Below, in pieces: positions 51,669-63,320 of a stretch of 64,000 bases of DNA. The position numbers were made by a program, and so were the translations under genes. Within the stretch, counting starts at the first letter, position 1, and every line of letters begins with the position of its first letter. The notes under the pieces were generated by a model. It made no database searches, had not been told where the DNA came from, and saw only the letters and a list, made by a program, of their open reading frames with translations. The stretch lies in NCBI GenBank assembly GCA_043228905.1, contig JBHGNT010000021.1, positions 10,168,001 to 10,232,000 on the forward strand, in the 5' to 3' direction. Origin of the DNA: Azolla caroliniana (lineage: Eukaryota; Plantae; Polypodiophyta).

Positions 51669-54600
51669 TCAACACTCCCCCTCAAGCTCAACCCGAGGTG
51701 GGGTCGTAGTGTCGACCTCTATAGTAGTCGTTTCTCCCAACCGACTTCTCCTGGCGTCACTCCGCCTTGCTCGTGCTCCTCGTCCGGTCCGGTCCCGTTT
51801 GCCGCGACCCCTTTGGTTCTGCGCGCCTCGACCCTCTCGGTCGATATGTCTGCTCAATAGGCCCATCTCAGCACTCACGTTGCTGTGACTCCGGCGCTTG
51901 CCGATCCGTCGGTTCTCCCACGATGGCATCGACTTCCGTTGTGTCCGTGTCCCCTTGGCCTTCAGTCGATCCGACTCATCCGGATCCATCTGTTGATCCG
52001 AGTCAGCTGTCTCCGACTCGTTCCAGCTCTTGTCCGAATCGGTACACTCCGATTCGACCTCCGGCTTCAGGCCTCTCACCACATCGGACCACTTCCGTGT
52101 CTTGGCCTTCTCCATGCTTCCCTCGGCTTCTTCAGCCGGTGAACCGAAATCGAATTCTTCATTCGACTCCGCATCATGGTCAGTACCGTCGTGATGACCT
52201 CCGCACAGCATGCACTTCTCTTCTTGAGTGCACAACTCTTCTTCACAGCTGCTTGCTCCGACCTGTTCGGATGTGTCAACTTCCTTCGCCGACTCGGCTT
52301 CCTTTATCTTCTTGTCTCCTCTTCTTCCGGCTCCCCTCTTACCGACGGGTTCAACAGTTTGTTGGCCTTTGCCCGTTTTGGTAGAGACTTTGCCCTTGCT
52401 TCTCCCCCTCAAGTGCGGCACGTCGAGATGCTGAATACCAAGCATGTCGGTAAAGTGCTGCAACTTGTCCGATCCGAGCGGCTTGGTGAAGATGTCGGCA
52501 ACTTGCCGATCCGTATGAACATACCGTAGGTCAACTTCACCGCTTAGGACCCGCTCACGCACGAAGTGGTAGTGCACCTCGATGTGCTTTGTGCGAGCAT
52601 GGAACACAGGGTTCCTGGCGAGCTGCAGGCTGCTCATGTTATCGCAGTAAATCGGGACCGGGGTCAGTACCTCGATCCGCAAGTCTCGCAGCAGTCGCCG
52701 AAGCCAAATGGCTTCACAAGTGGCAACGGTAGCGGCCCGGTACTCAGCCTCAGTGCTTGACAAAGCCACTGTGTGCTGCTTCTTGCTGCTCCACGCAACG
52801 GCCGCGCTACCTATGGAGAACATGTATCCGGAAGTGGAGCGGCAATCAGACGCATCACCGGCCCAGTCAACATCTGTGTAACTGACAAGCTCTTCGGGTA
52901 TACCTCGCCGGTATAGCAGTCCCCGGTCCTTAGTGCCACTGACATACCGTAATATTCGTTGCGCGCATTGAAGGTGCTCCTTGGTCGGCTTCTGCATGAA
53001 CTGACTTACCATGTCGACTGGATAGCTAATGTCGGGTCAGGTGATGGTTAAGTAGATCAGGCTTCCGACAACCTGTCGGAACCGTTTATCATTGCAGGCC
53101 GGTCCGGAGTTGGGACGAAGCTTCTGGTTCCGGTCCAGGGGTGTGGAGACAGGTCTGCAATCCGTCATGCCGAACTTATACAACATATTCAACACGTAAT
53201 GTCGTTGTGAGAGCAATATGTCGTCGGGGGTCCAGATCACTTCGATCCCAAGAAAATAATGAAGGTCCCCCAGGTCCTTCATTTCGAATGCGTCCAACAA
53301 CTGGGACTTGACGCGGTTGATTTCGGGAAGACCCAGTCCGGTGATGACTAAATCATCCACATACAAGAGTATACATACCGGACCGTCAGAGCCTTGCCGG
53401 ATGAACAACGAAGAGTCCGACTTAGAGACAGCAAACCCCAGCTTACACAACCGGTGTGTGATCTTCGCGTTCCAAGCTCGGGGGGCTTGCTTCAAGCCGT
53501 AAAGCGACTTCTTCAGTCGGGATACCGCCGATTTGTTCATCTCCGATTGAAATCCGGGGGGCTGAGTCATAAAGACTTCTTCTTCAAGCTCTCCTTGAAG
53601 GAAGGCGTTCTTCACATCCATCTGGTGAAGATGCCACCCCCTTGCCGCAGCAACCGCCAGTACCACACGAACCGTCGTCATCTTCGCCACAGGAGCGAAG
53701 GTCTCGTCGTAGTTGATTCCGTGGGTCTGCGCGTATCCCTTCGCCACTAACTGGGCTTTGTACCGGTTAACAGAACCGTCGGCGTTGTACTTGACCTTGT
53801 ACACCCACTTGCATCCGATCGGTTTATAGTGACGGGGAGGATCAACTAGGTCCCAAGTTTCGTTGGCATCGAGTGCCCACATTTCTTCGTCCATAGCGGC
53901 ACGCCAATTTGCGTCCCTTGCCGCTTCTGCGTAGCTCTCCGGCTCACGCACTTATGTTACCTTAGACATGTACGCATAATGATGCGCCATGTATTCATTG
54001 TACCCGTACCGCATGACGGGATCGTTCTGGCGGGTTGATCGGCGCAACGCACCGTCACCTGATTTGAGGCCCTTCTTGGCCAGTTCGGTCTTCGTTGCCG
54101 AAGATCCGCCTTTCTCCTTTCCGGAGTCGGATACGCACCGATCCGACTCATCGTTGCCGGTTTCGAATTCCGACATCTTCCTTTTCCCCTTCTCTTTGCG
54201 CGTGAACCGTTTCCTCGGTTCCTTGCGCGGGGAGAGCACGACAGAGTCTCCACCACTTGCCGTCTCTTCATCCGACTGGTCCAACCGACTCAGTCGCTCG
54301 TTTGGTCCACTCAACCGTAACGATTCCAGACTCTCATCTCGAGTCCCGACATCATCATCCTCTGCCAGGGCTTATTCAGGTTGACTGGCCTGATCTTCCG
54401 ACATTGGGTCAGGATCGGAAGTCGGAGTCGGTACGGAGTACCAGGATGCCGATTCATCGAACTCGACATCCCGGCTAACCCGGACTTCCTTCGTCCGGGG
54501 GTTATAGCACTTATACCCCTTTTGCTCTTCAGCATAGCCGACTAGGATGCATTTTTCCGATTTTGCATCCAGCTTTCTCCGCTTCTGATCTGGCACATGC

Positions 54601-56682
54601 ACATACGCTATGCTTCCGAATATCCGAAGGTGTCTTAAGTTCGGCTTGCGCCCAAAATACAGCTCATGAGCTGACACCTTGTCACCAATGCGGTTTTGTA
54701 TGTAGACGGCCGTCCGGACCGCCTCCGCCCAGTAGAACCGGGGCATGCTCTTCTCCTCCAGCATCGCCCTTGCCGCTTCGACGAGTGTCCGGTTCTTCCT
54801 TTCTGCCACACCGTTTTGCTCCGATGTGTATCTGCAGCTGAACTCTCGCCGAATTCCCTTATGTTGCAGATAACTAGTGAATTGGCCGGAAAAATATTCC
54901 TTTCCGCCATCCGACCGAAGGAATTTGATCTTCCTCTCCGATTCCCGTTCCACCATCTTCTGGAGGCTCCGGAAACAGTCGAAGACTTCGCTCTTCCGCT
55001 CAATGAGGTAGATCCAAGTATGTCGAGTATAGTCGTCGATGAAGGAGACGAAGTATCGGCTCCCGCCAAGGCTTACACTTTGTGCCGGTCCCCACACATC
55101 CGAATGGATGAGATCGAGCTTGTTACGGCTCCGGTTCCGTTCGGTGGGGAATGGAAGCCGGTGTTGCTTCCCAAGTTGGCAGGCTTCACAAATTTCGGCT
55201 CTCCGACCGCTGAACTTCGGCAAACCGAAGACGACTTGTTTCGTTTGCAGGACTTAAAGCCTCCGGTAGTTGACGTGGCCTATCCGCTTGTGCCACAGAT
55301 CGATGTCTGACTCGACCTTCTGTCGATTCGCGAACAGAGCGGTGCCAACGTCATTGGTGTTGAGGATAAACATCCTCCCGTCTTTGCGCCCTTGCGCAAT
55401 GACTTCGCCCTCATCCTCAATGAAGCACCCGAGGTGCGTAAACCGCACCTGCATCCCCTGGTCAACAATCTGATCGACGGACACCAGGTTCTTCGTGATT
55501 GTCGGAACGTGTAATACGTTCATCAGTTTCCCTTTCTATCCGACGTGGCTTAGAGGGACTTCTCCGACGTGCACGATTGGGTGAGGAGTGTCGTCTCCGG
55601 TTTCGACTACTCCTGGTTGATCCAGTTTCTCCAGAAAGGAGAACCACTCTTTGTGGCTCGTCATGTGGTTCGACGCGCCGGAATCAACATACCACACTTC
55701 CTCCGTTTTGGAAGTGGTCTTCTTCATTGAGTTTGCCTTATGATTCATCACCAAGGCTGGCCCCTTACCGGCCTTTCCGGTTCCGGATCCTCCTGATCCG
55801 TTTGCGTAGTGCGAGATTTGCCGGCCATCCTTACCGGTCTTGCCGGATCCGGATTTGTCCGAATCGGCACGCTTTCTCCAGCACTCGCTTTCCCTGTGGC
55901 CTTTTTTGCCACAGTACCTGCATTCTGTAGCGGATTTGTCTTGCCGGCCTCCGGCACCGCCTTGACTCCCCCTGCTTGTGGAAGTCCCGGAACTGCTGTC
56001 GGCATGCTCATAGTGCCTCCGTTCCTGCTCTTGCCGGCCGCCTCCATTGCGTGCCGACCCACCTCTTCCACCACGCCCACGGAGCCGATCCGTTCCCGTG
56101 TACAACATTCGGCTGTCCGGGGATGCACTAGTAGATGCACCGGCGTGGTTCTCCTCTACAAGGAGCATCGACTGTAAGTCGAAGAATGAGGGGGTATTCT
56201 CCCTTGTACACACCGCAGTCCGGAACGCTCCGAACTTGGACGCTAGGCCTCCGAGACATACCTGCACCATCTCGTCTTCCTCTACGGTAACATTGATAGA
56301 GGCGAGTGACTCGCAAATCTCCTTTATCCGGCCCGTGTAATCTGCGACAGACATGTTCTTCTGTCGAACATTGCTCAACTCCTGTCTGAGTTGCAGCTTC
56401 TGGGCAGTGGTGCTTGCGGCGAAAACCTTTTTCAGGTTCCCCCAAGCATCCTTCGGTGTCTTGGCGTCACAAATGTGGCTGAGCAGCTGATCGCTGACAC
56501 TAGACGCGAAGCAGTACATCACCCTGCTTGCCGCCTGTTCCCATACCGGGAAGTCCTTGTGTGCCGAGTCTGGCGCCGCATCATTCGCTCCTTCGACATA
56601 ACTCCAGTACCCGTGTCCAAGCAGGTACTGGTGCATCTTGTAAGACCAGGATGCGTAGTTGCTCCTGTCGAGCTTCTCCACC
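51669..56682 (-). pseudogene. Copia Gag-Pol (gag, PR, INT, RT, RH, C-terminal extension), single frame with five premature stops
   Basis: ORFs 55536-56681, 55254-55523, 54372-55223, 53952-54314, 53037-53951 and 51669-53012 are all in the same frame. CRYCGKKGHRESEC, WYVDSGAS, HSDVWG, LYVDDL and YTDVDWAG motifs present. Confidence 0.93.
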
Positions 56683-57153
56683 TGTTATGTACACATAACG
56701 TTGGTGAGGGTAGGTCACTAATATTTACATTAGTGAAGGGTATGTTCACTATTATTAAAAAGGGGACTAATGATTGGATAGAATGAATGATATGTGCATG
56801 CACTATCATGATTTAGACAACCAATGAATAGAGAGCCTTTTAGAAAGGCACATCTATTCAAGGGGCCTAGGAAAAGGTATAAATATGAGGCTTAGCTACC
56901 CTCATAGGGATCACGTCGGAAGGCTGCTGTCGTAGACACCGGTGGTGCGGGCTAGGCTTTCGTCTCAACGATCGTGTTTATCTCTTCCAAGGTATTAGTC
57001 ATCCTAATATCCGGCGGTATGGGACGTCGGTGGTAGGTTGGCTATGTCTAGATCATAGCTCGGGGGTGGTCGGGTGGAACGGGTTCTTCTATCCAATCTA
57101 TTTTCTTCCTTTTTACTTGATTTGGTCTATTGATTAGTAATAGACTCTTAACA
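56683..57153 (+). repeat. 5' LTR of the chromovirus
   Basis: Direct repeat of 63321-63791 with one mismatch seen (A56967 vs G63605). TATAAATA at ~56878. Confidence 0.97.
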
Positions 57154-57154
57154 G

Positions 57155-57166
57155 TGGTATCAGAGC
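57155..57166 (+). promoter_or_regulatory. Primer-binding site for initiator tRNA-Met
   Basis: TGGTATCAGAGC, 1 nt after the LTR end. Confidence 0.95.
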
Positions 57167-57400
57167 TTTTACTAACAATTTTTTTGTTGTTTTGATGTTT
57201 TTTGCGTGTGAGCGAGGGGGATCTAACAAGGCTCGTCATGCTCTTCTCAGGATCAAAACAACACTCTAAACCCGGTATTCTTCTTTTTTGATCTCTTCTC
57301 TTTTTCTATTATGCGTTCTTTATGGTCGAATCAAATTGGTATTTCGTTTTATTCTCTTTCTTTCTACCTCCTACTACGCTACGATTTTACTTATTATTAT

Positions 57401-57925
57401 GCATCGGGCCGAGCGTGTTTGCACTAATCGCACACGCTCAACTCATGGCCTTTTGCATATTGCGATATATATCCCACTCTCTCCTCTCTTGAACTCTTAC
57501 GATAATAATTATTCTTGTGCATTGGGTCGAGCGTGTTTGCTCTAATCGCACACGCTTATCTCATGGCCGTTTTGCATATGATGTTGAGTATACCACTCTT
57601 CCCCTCTATTGAGCCATCACTTGGCCGATTCTAAGGGATGATGTGGCCTTGACGAGGTGTATGTTGCCTACCTATGCCACTCTACTCTCTATTAAGCCAT
57701 CAATTGGCCGATTCTATGGGATGTTGTGGCCTTGACAAGGTATATGTAGCTTACATATGCCACTTTCCTTTTTAATTAGCCATCAATTGGCCGATTCTAA
57801 GGGATGATGTGGCCTTGACGAGGTATATGTCACTTACCTATGCCACTTTCCTCTTTAATTAGCCATTACTTGGCCGATTCTAGGGATATGTGGTGGTCTT
57901 GAGGAGGTGCATGTCAACTACCCTA
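57401..57925 (+). repeat. Tandem repeats in the chromovirus leader: 2 x ~118 bp followed by 4 x ~83 bp
   Basis: Units start at 57401 and 57519, then at 57613, 57696, 57779 and 57862 (GCCAT..TTGGCCGATTCTA). Confidence 0.9.
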
Positions 57926-58909
57926 GGGTTTCATATCTTAGGGCATGTTTGATTCCATACACCTAATTGTTGATTATTCTAATTAAATTTTAATTTCATA
58001 AGTATTGTTTCACTTATATGATTTTCTAGTAATTATTATTTACCCGCCCACAATTAACTATCCTTTTTCCACTTCCTTTTCATGTATAAAGTATTTACAT
58101 CGTTTATTTTTAATGTAACCTTTACGTGTAGACTATTTTTTCGTAGGGAGTGGCTTGTTGAACGATTTTTTTTTTCAACGGGTCATCTAGGTTTAACTCT
58201 TATCATCAAGCCTTAGAAAACGAGTAAAACCATATGAGTTCCCTTATTGATGTTTTACTCATGGATTTGAGTATTACATCTTTGCGCACAACACCGTCAT
58301 CACTTGTATCAATTTGTGGCTTATGTCACAATTGTGCAAGTTATAACAATCACATTGGGATGTATATGTGCATACCTTGCACTTCCCATTTATTTGTGAC
58401 ATTGTTTTTTTCGTAGGTAACACATGGGTTCTTTTTTTTTTACCCTTGTTTTCGTCACTACTTAACTCTTATGAGTAGTGCCTTATTTTATCATTTTATC
58501 ATCACGTTTGCTTATTGCTCGCAAGACTAGAATATTACTTGTGAGTGCACTTGTTTTTTCACGTAATACACTTTCTCGACCATATAATACATGATGGCTT
58601 GGCATTAATATAAGGCTATCTAGGAAATTTCATTGATGTAAGAACCATGGTTGAGCCTCGGGGAGCCGCCATGATTACTCAAGATAGAGATCCGAGAAAT
58701 ACATCTTAGCTATGTTTTCCCCCATGGTTTTTAAAACACCATAGTGTTACCATAGTTATCGGATCTCGAATCACATCTCATATGTCTAGAGGGGTAAAGA
58801 CATGAGATACTTTCTTGGATAAAGTTCTTTCAATCAAAATTTCAAGCATTCATTTTGCTTGTGTATTTTCTGAACCTCCTTATTTTATTGCATACCCACA
58901 GCGTGCATC

Positions 58910-61900
58910 ATGGAACAAGTTTTGAACGCAGTTGGAACGATCTCTCCAAATGAGACCTCTCAACCCCAATCCGCATCTCGCACACAAGCTGAGATCACTA
59001 TTGAGCAATTGCTCACTACTACCTTGAATCAATTGGCCGAAATGAGACAGGCCAATATGGCATTGGAAAAGAAATTCCAAGAATTAACTATTGAGTCCAA
59101 GAAAGAAGGTGAACCTTCCTTCGTAGTCATGCCTTTCAAGGGAGATAAGAAAGAAAGAACCGAGGAGGCCATTAGCACTTGGCTTGGTCATTGGGAGTCT
59201 CACTTTGAGCTTCATCCCAAGCCCGATGCAGTAAAAATTGGTTATGTCGGTCGTGAGTTAGGTGGCCGAGCTGTTGCTTGGTGGCGTGGCCTAAGGACCG
59301 CAAAAAACTTACCCACAACTTGGGAAGGTTTCGTTGATGTTTTTAAGAAACAATTCTTGCAGCCACCTTCTCAAACCGAACAAGCGCAACACTTGCTCAC
59401 ATTGTCTAGTAAGCCATTTACCTCTCTCGAGGATTATGTGCATCACGCTCGGACCCAGATCCAAAAATCGGGACTTACGGGTGAGAAATGGTTTGTCGCT
59501 TGTTTTTTGAATGGTATTCCCAATGGGGATTATCATTGGATTGTCCATGACAAGGACCCCACAACTTTCGAGGAAGCCGTCAACATTGTGCTGCGATACC
59601 ATAGGACTTCCAAGAAAGACCACAATAAACCTGAGTTCGCCAAAACTCCGAATGTCAAGTTCATTGGGAAACATAAGCAATCCAGTGACACTCTTGACCG
59701 CGACTCAAAGAAACCGAACCTCTTCTGTGCATATTGCAAGAAGCGGGGCCACACAAAGGATACCTGTCGTCGTCTTGAGAGGAAGTCAATGAACACCCCT
59801 CCTCAAGACAAATCTACGAGTCACACAGGTGAGTCTTTTGATATTGTTGAAGTTCATACCAATCACTTAAGTTTATGTGAATGCACTTTTCCTTCACATT
59901 TACTTGGACCTAATGATTTACTCCGAGCAGTCGGATATATCAATGGAACACAAGCACATTTCTTGTTTGATTCCGGTAGTTCTCACAATTTTCTTAATGA
60001 TCACTTTGTGCAGCAAATGGAGCTCCACATAAACGCAAGTGATCATATCTATCAAGTTCACATGGCAAATGGAAACGTTCAATACATCAGTGGCATTGTT
60101 TGTCAACTGCCAATTCAAATAGATACTTATTTGGAGAAGCTTGACTTTCATGTTATGAAATTACAATCCGCAGATGTCATTTTAGGATATCCTTGGTTTT
60201 TTAATAAAAACCCTTCTTTGTCCATTGATTGGGTTAATCACTCAATCACATTTGAACTTAATAATTGTAAACATTTTATTCAATGTTCCAAACTTCCGTC
60301 TCATTCACTTGTGTCTTCTAAATCTTTAAGTGAGTATTCTAGTTCATTAATTTATTCGTGTGTAATTGATCCTGCGGTTCAATTTTATTATTTTAATATT
60401 GACGCCACACAATTACCACACTTTGAGCAACGATTACTCGACTCTATTTTAGAGGATTTTCAAGATGTGTTTCCTACTGAATTACCGCTTACTTTACCAC
60501 CTAAACGTAATGTGGACCATCAAATTGAACTCATCCCTGGGGCTGCTCCTGTGAGCATTCCACCTTACCGACTTAGTCGATTAGAAGAGGATGAGATCGC
60601 TAAACAACTTAAGGAATACTTGAGTATGGGCCACATTAGGTATAGTAAATTACCTTGGGGTGCGCCAGTTCTATTAGTCAAGAAGAAGGAAGGTTCGTGG
60701 CGAATGTGTATCAATTATCGCCGTTTGAATAAAATGACAATTAAGAATGCATATCCATTACCTCGTGCCGATGATTTGATTGATCGTTTGCACGGGGCTC
60801 GATATTTTACGAAAATTGACTTACGAACTGGTTATCATCAGATTCGCATCGCCGAGGATGATATTCCTAAAACCTCTTTTCGTACGCGCTATGGCCATTA
60901 TGAGTTTTTAGTCATGCCATTTGGGTTGACTAATGCTCCAGCCACATTCCAACAAGCGATGAATGATGTTTTCCGAGATCAACTCGGTGATTTTGTTGTC
61001 GTCTTCTTGGATGATATTTTGATATATAGCCGTACCTTGCAAGATCATGTTCAACATGTTCGATTTGTTTTGCGAAAGTTGCGTGACAACTCTTTCTATG
61101 CAAAACATTCAAAATGTGACTTCTTCCAAAAATCTATTGTGTACCTAGGTCATTTAATTACAGAAAATGGCGTTGAAATTGAACCTTCTCGTATTGAAAA
61201 GGTTAAAATTTGGCCCATTCCTCGTAATATTCGTGAACTTAGATCATTCTTAGGGTTTGTTGGATTTTTACGAAAATCAATTCGTAACTATTCCAAATTG
61301 ACTACGCCATTAACTGACCTTTTAAAAGGTCATCCACGTAAGTCTGTCAAACCAATTTCATGGAATGAACAACTTGACAAATCATTTGAGACACTCAAGG
61401 AGCATGTGTGTCAGGCTCCCACTCTTCTATTACCAGACCCTTCTAAGCCTTTCTCAATTGAAACCGATGCTAGTGATTATGCTATTGGTGCCGTTCTTTA
61501 TCAAGGTGGTCACCCTATTGCTTTTGAAAGTAAGAAGCTTGATGCTGCTCAATCTCGGTATTCGGTTCAAGAGAAAGAGTTGTTTGCGGTGATACACGCA
61601 CTTAAAACATGGAGGCACTATCTCTATGGAAATAAATTTGTGGTTACAACAGACCATCAATCATTAAAGTATTTTTGTGACCAGCCCGATCTTGTTGGTC
61701 GTAAAGGCCGTTGGGCTGACCTAATGCAAGATTTTGATTTTTCCATACGATATCGCAAGGGTTCTATGAACACCGTTGCTGATGCTCTTAGTCGCATTAA
61801 AGAAGTTAACATGCTTAGCTTCACGGAAATAAAATCTGATCTTTTAGATCACCTTCGAGGGAAATACCTTGATGACAGTTATTTCTCAAAATACTGGACG

Positions 61901-63313
61901 AAAGCCGAATCTGGTTTAGATGCCGATACTAGCACCCTACCCTCGAAGGCGACCTTTCACATTACAAACGGTTTGCTCTACCGTAGTGGAAAGGTTTGTG
62001 TTCCAGATTTACCAAATGTTAAACAGAAAATTTTTCATGAATGTCATGATGCACCATCTGCTGGTCATCCTGGAATACAACGCACACTCGTTCTCATCTC
62101 GTGTACTTTTTTCTGGCCTAAGATGCGCTCTGACGTGCATAAATACGTAACTCAATGCTTACAATGTCAGATTAATAAGTCGGAACGACTTAAAGCTGCT
62201 GGTCTTTTACATCCCTTAGATATTCCCAACAATAAATGGGAAAGTATCTCGATGGATTTTATTGTTAGTTTACCTCGTACACAGAGGGGTCATGATGCCA
62301 TATGGGTTGTCGTTGACAGGCTAACAAAATTAGCTAGATTTATTCCTACAAAAACCACGGTAACCGCTCAACAGTTGGCTTATCAATTTGTTGATGAGTT
62401 ATTTCGTTTTTATGGATTACCGATGGATATTGTTAGTGATCGAGATTCCAAGTTTACTAGTGACTTTTGGACTCAGGTCTTTAAGAAATTAGAAACTACG
62501 TTGAGCATGAGTTCCGCAGATCATCCTCAGTCTGATGGACAAACTGAACGAGTTAATCAAATTATTGAGGACATGCTTCGAGCTTATGTAGCAAAAACCC
62601 CTTCTAAGTGGGAGCAATACCTTCCTATCTTAGAATTTGCCTATAATAGCTCTAAACATACATCCACTGGATATAGTCCTTTTATGTTGATGTATGGTTT
62701 TCAGCCACGTGCCCCAGTTGATGTCACGATTCATCGTGATACATTAGACAGTACACGCAATTTTTTGCAAGACATGAACCAAATGTTGCATATTGCCAAA
62801 GAAAATGTCAAGACAACTCAAGATCGTGCTCGATTTTATGCTGATCAGGATAGACGCCCTCGTGCATTTACTATTGGTCAAAAAGTTTTTTTGCGTGTCC
62901 CGACTGATTCTACGTCATTATCTACGGGCAAGTGCGCTAAGTTAGCCCCACGATATTGTGGCCCATTTGAAATCCTTAAGCGAGTTGGGTCATCTGCTTA
63001 TCACCTTGCCTTACCTCGTAACGTTGGTATTCATCCTGTTTTTCACGTCAGTCGTCTAAAACCATTTTTAGGCTCTGGTGATAACACCATCACGATCCAA
63101 GATCTTGTAACATTAGAGGATTTTTCTTACAAACCTCATGTTCCTGAACGAATTCTTGATTCTCGTACTAAACGTTTACGTTCTAAAGAGATTCGGCTAT
63201 TCAAGATCAAATGGATGGATAAACCTATTGATGATGCCACATGGGAACGCGAGCATTCGCTTAAGGCACAATTTCCTCACTTTATATTGCAAGAGTGCAA
63301 TCTTTTGAAGTAG
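58910..63313 (+). CDS. Gag-Pol polyprotein (gag, zinc knuckle, protease, RT, RNase H, integrase, chromodomain), 1467 aa
   Basis: CAYCKKRGHTKDTC; LFDSGSSHNF; FLDD RT motif; ETDASDYAIG; HDAPSAGHPG...CLQC; ISMDF; GPF motif; C-terminal PERILD...KIKW...ATWE (type II-like chromodomain). Confidence 0.97.
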   Translation: MEQVLNAVGTISPNETSQPQSASRTQAEITIEQLLTTTLNQLAEMRQANMALEKKFQELTIESKKEGEPSFVVMPFKGDKKERTEEAISTWLGHWESHFELHPKPDAVKIGYVGRELGGRAVAWWRGLRTAKNLPTTWEGFVDVFKKQFLQPPSQTEQAQHLLTLSSKPFTSLEDYVHHARTQIQKSGLTGEKWFVACFLNGIPNGDYHWIVHDKDPTTFEEAVNIVLRYHRTSKKDHNKPEFAKTPNVKFIGKHKQSSDTLDRDSKKPNLFCAYCKKRGHTKDTCRRLERKSMNTPPQDKSTSHTGESFDIVEVHTNHLSLCECTFPSHLLGPNDLLRAVGYINGTQAHFLFDSGSSHNFLNDHFVQQMELHINASDHIYQVHMANGNVQYISGIVCQLPIQIDTYLEKLDFHVMKLQSADVILGYPWFFNKNPSLSIDWVNHSITFELNNCKHFIQCSKLPSHSLVSSKSLSEYSSSLIYSCVIDPAVQFYYFNIDATQLPHFEQRLLDSILEDFQDVFPTELPLTLPPKRNVDHQIELIPGAAPVSIPPYRLSRLEEDEIAKQLKEYLSMGHIRYSKLPWGAPVLLVKKKEGSWRMCINYRRLNKMTIKNAYPLPRADDLIDRLHGARYFTKIDLRTGYHQIRIAEDDIPKTSFRTRYGHYEFLVMPFGLTNAPATFQQAMNDVFRDQLGDFVVVFLDDILIYSRTLQDHVQHVRFVLRKLRDNSFYAKHSKCDFFQKSIVYLGHLITENGVEIEPSRIEKVKIWPIPRNIRELRSFLGFVGFLRKSIRNYSKLTTPLTDLLKGHPRKSVKPISWNEQLDKSFETLKEHVCQAPTLLLPDPSKPFSIETDASDYAIGAVLYQGGHPIAFESKKLDAAQSRYSVQEKELFAVIHALKTWRHYLYGNKFVVTTDHQSLKYFCDQPDLVGRKGRWADLMQDFDFSIRYRKGSMNTVADALSRIKEVNMLSFTEIKSDLLDHLRGKYLDDSYFSKYWTKAESGLDADTSTLPSKATFHITNGLLYRSGKVCVPDLPNVKQKIFHECHDAPSAGHPGIQRTLVLISCTFFWPKMRSDVHKYVTQCLQCQINKSERLKAAGLLHPLDIPNNKWESISMDFIVSLPRTQRGHDAIWVVVDRLTKLARFIPTKTTVTAQQLAYQFVDELFRFYGLPMDIVSDRDSKFTSDFWTQVFKKLETTLSMSSADHPQSDGQTERVNQIIEDMLRAYVAKTPSKWEQYLPILEFAYNSSKHTSTGYSPFMLMYGFQPRAPVDVTIHRDTLDSTRNFLQDMNQMLHIAKENVKTTQDRARFYADQDRRPRAFTIGQKVFLRVPTDSTSLSTGKCAKLAPRYCGPFEILKRVGSSAYHLALPRNVGIHPVFHVSRLKPFLGSGDNTITIQDLVTLEDFSYKPHVPERILDSRTKRLRSKEIRLFKIKWMDKPIDDATWEREHSLKAQFPHFILQECNLLK

Positions 63314-63320
63314 GGGAGTA

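Noticed and set aside
51767-56786. Numerous antisense ORFs over Copia pol
   Set aside because: Expected shadow ORFs of GC-rich coding sequence, with no recognisable domains.
57613-57925. CRISPR-like array or hammerhead/retrozyme repeats
   Set aside because: Units are full tandem copies with no unique spacers, there are no cas genes, and the context is eukaryotic. No CUGANGA/GAAA hammerhead core is visible.
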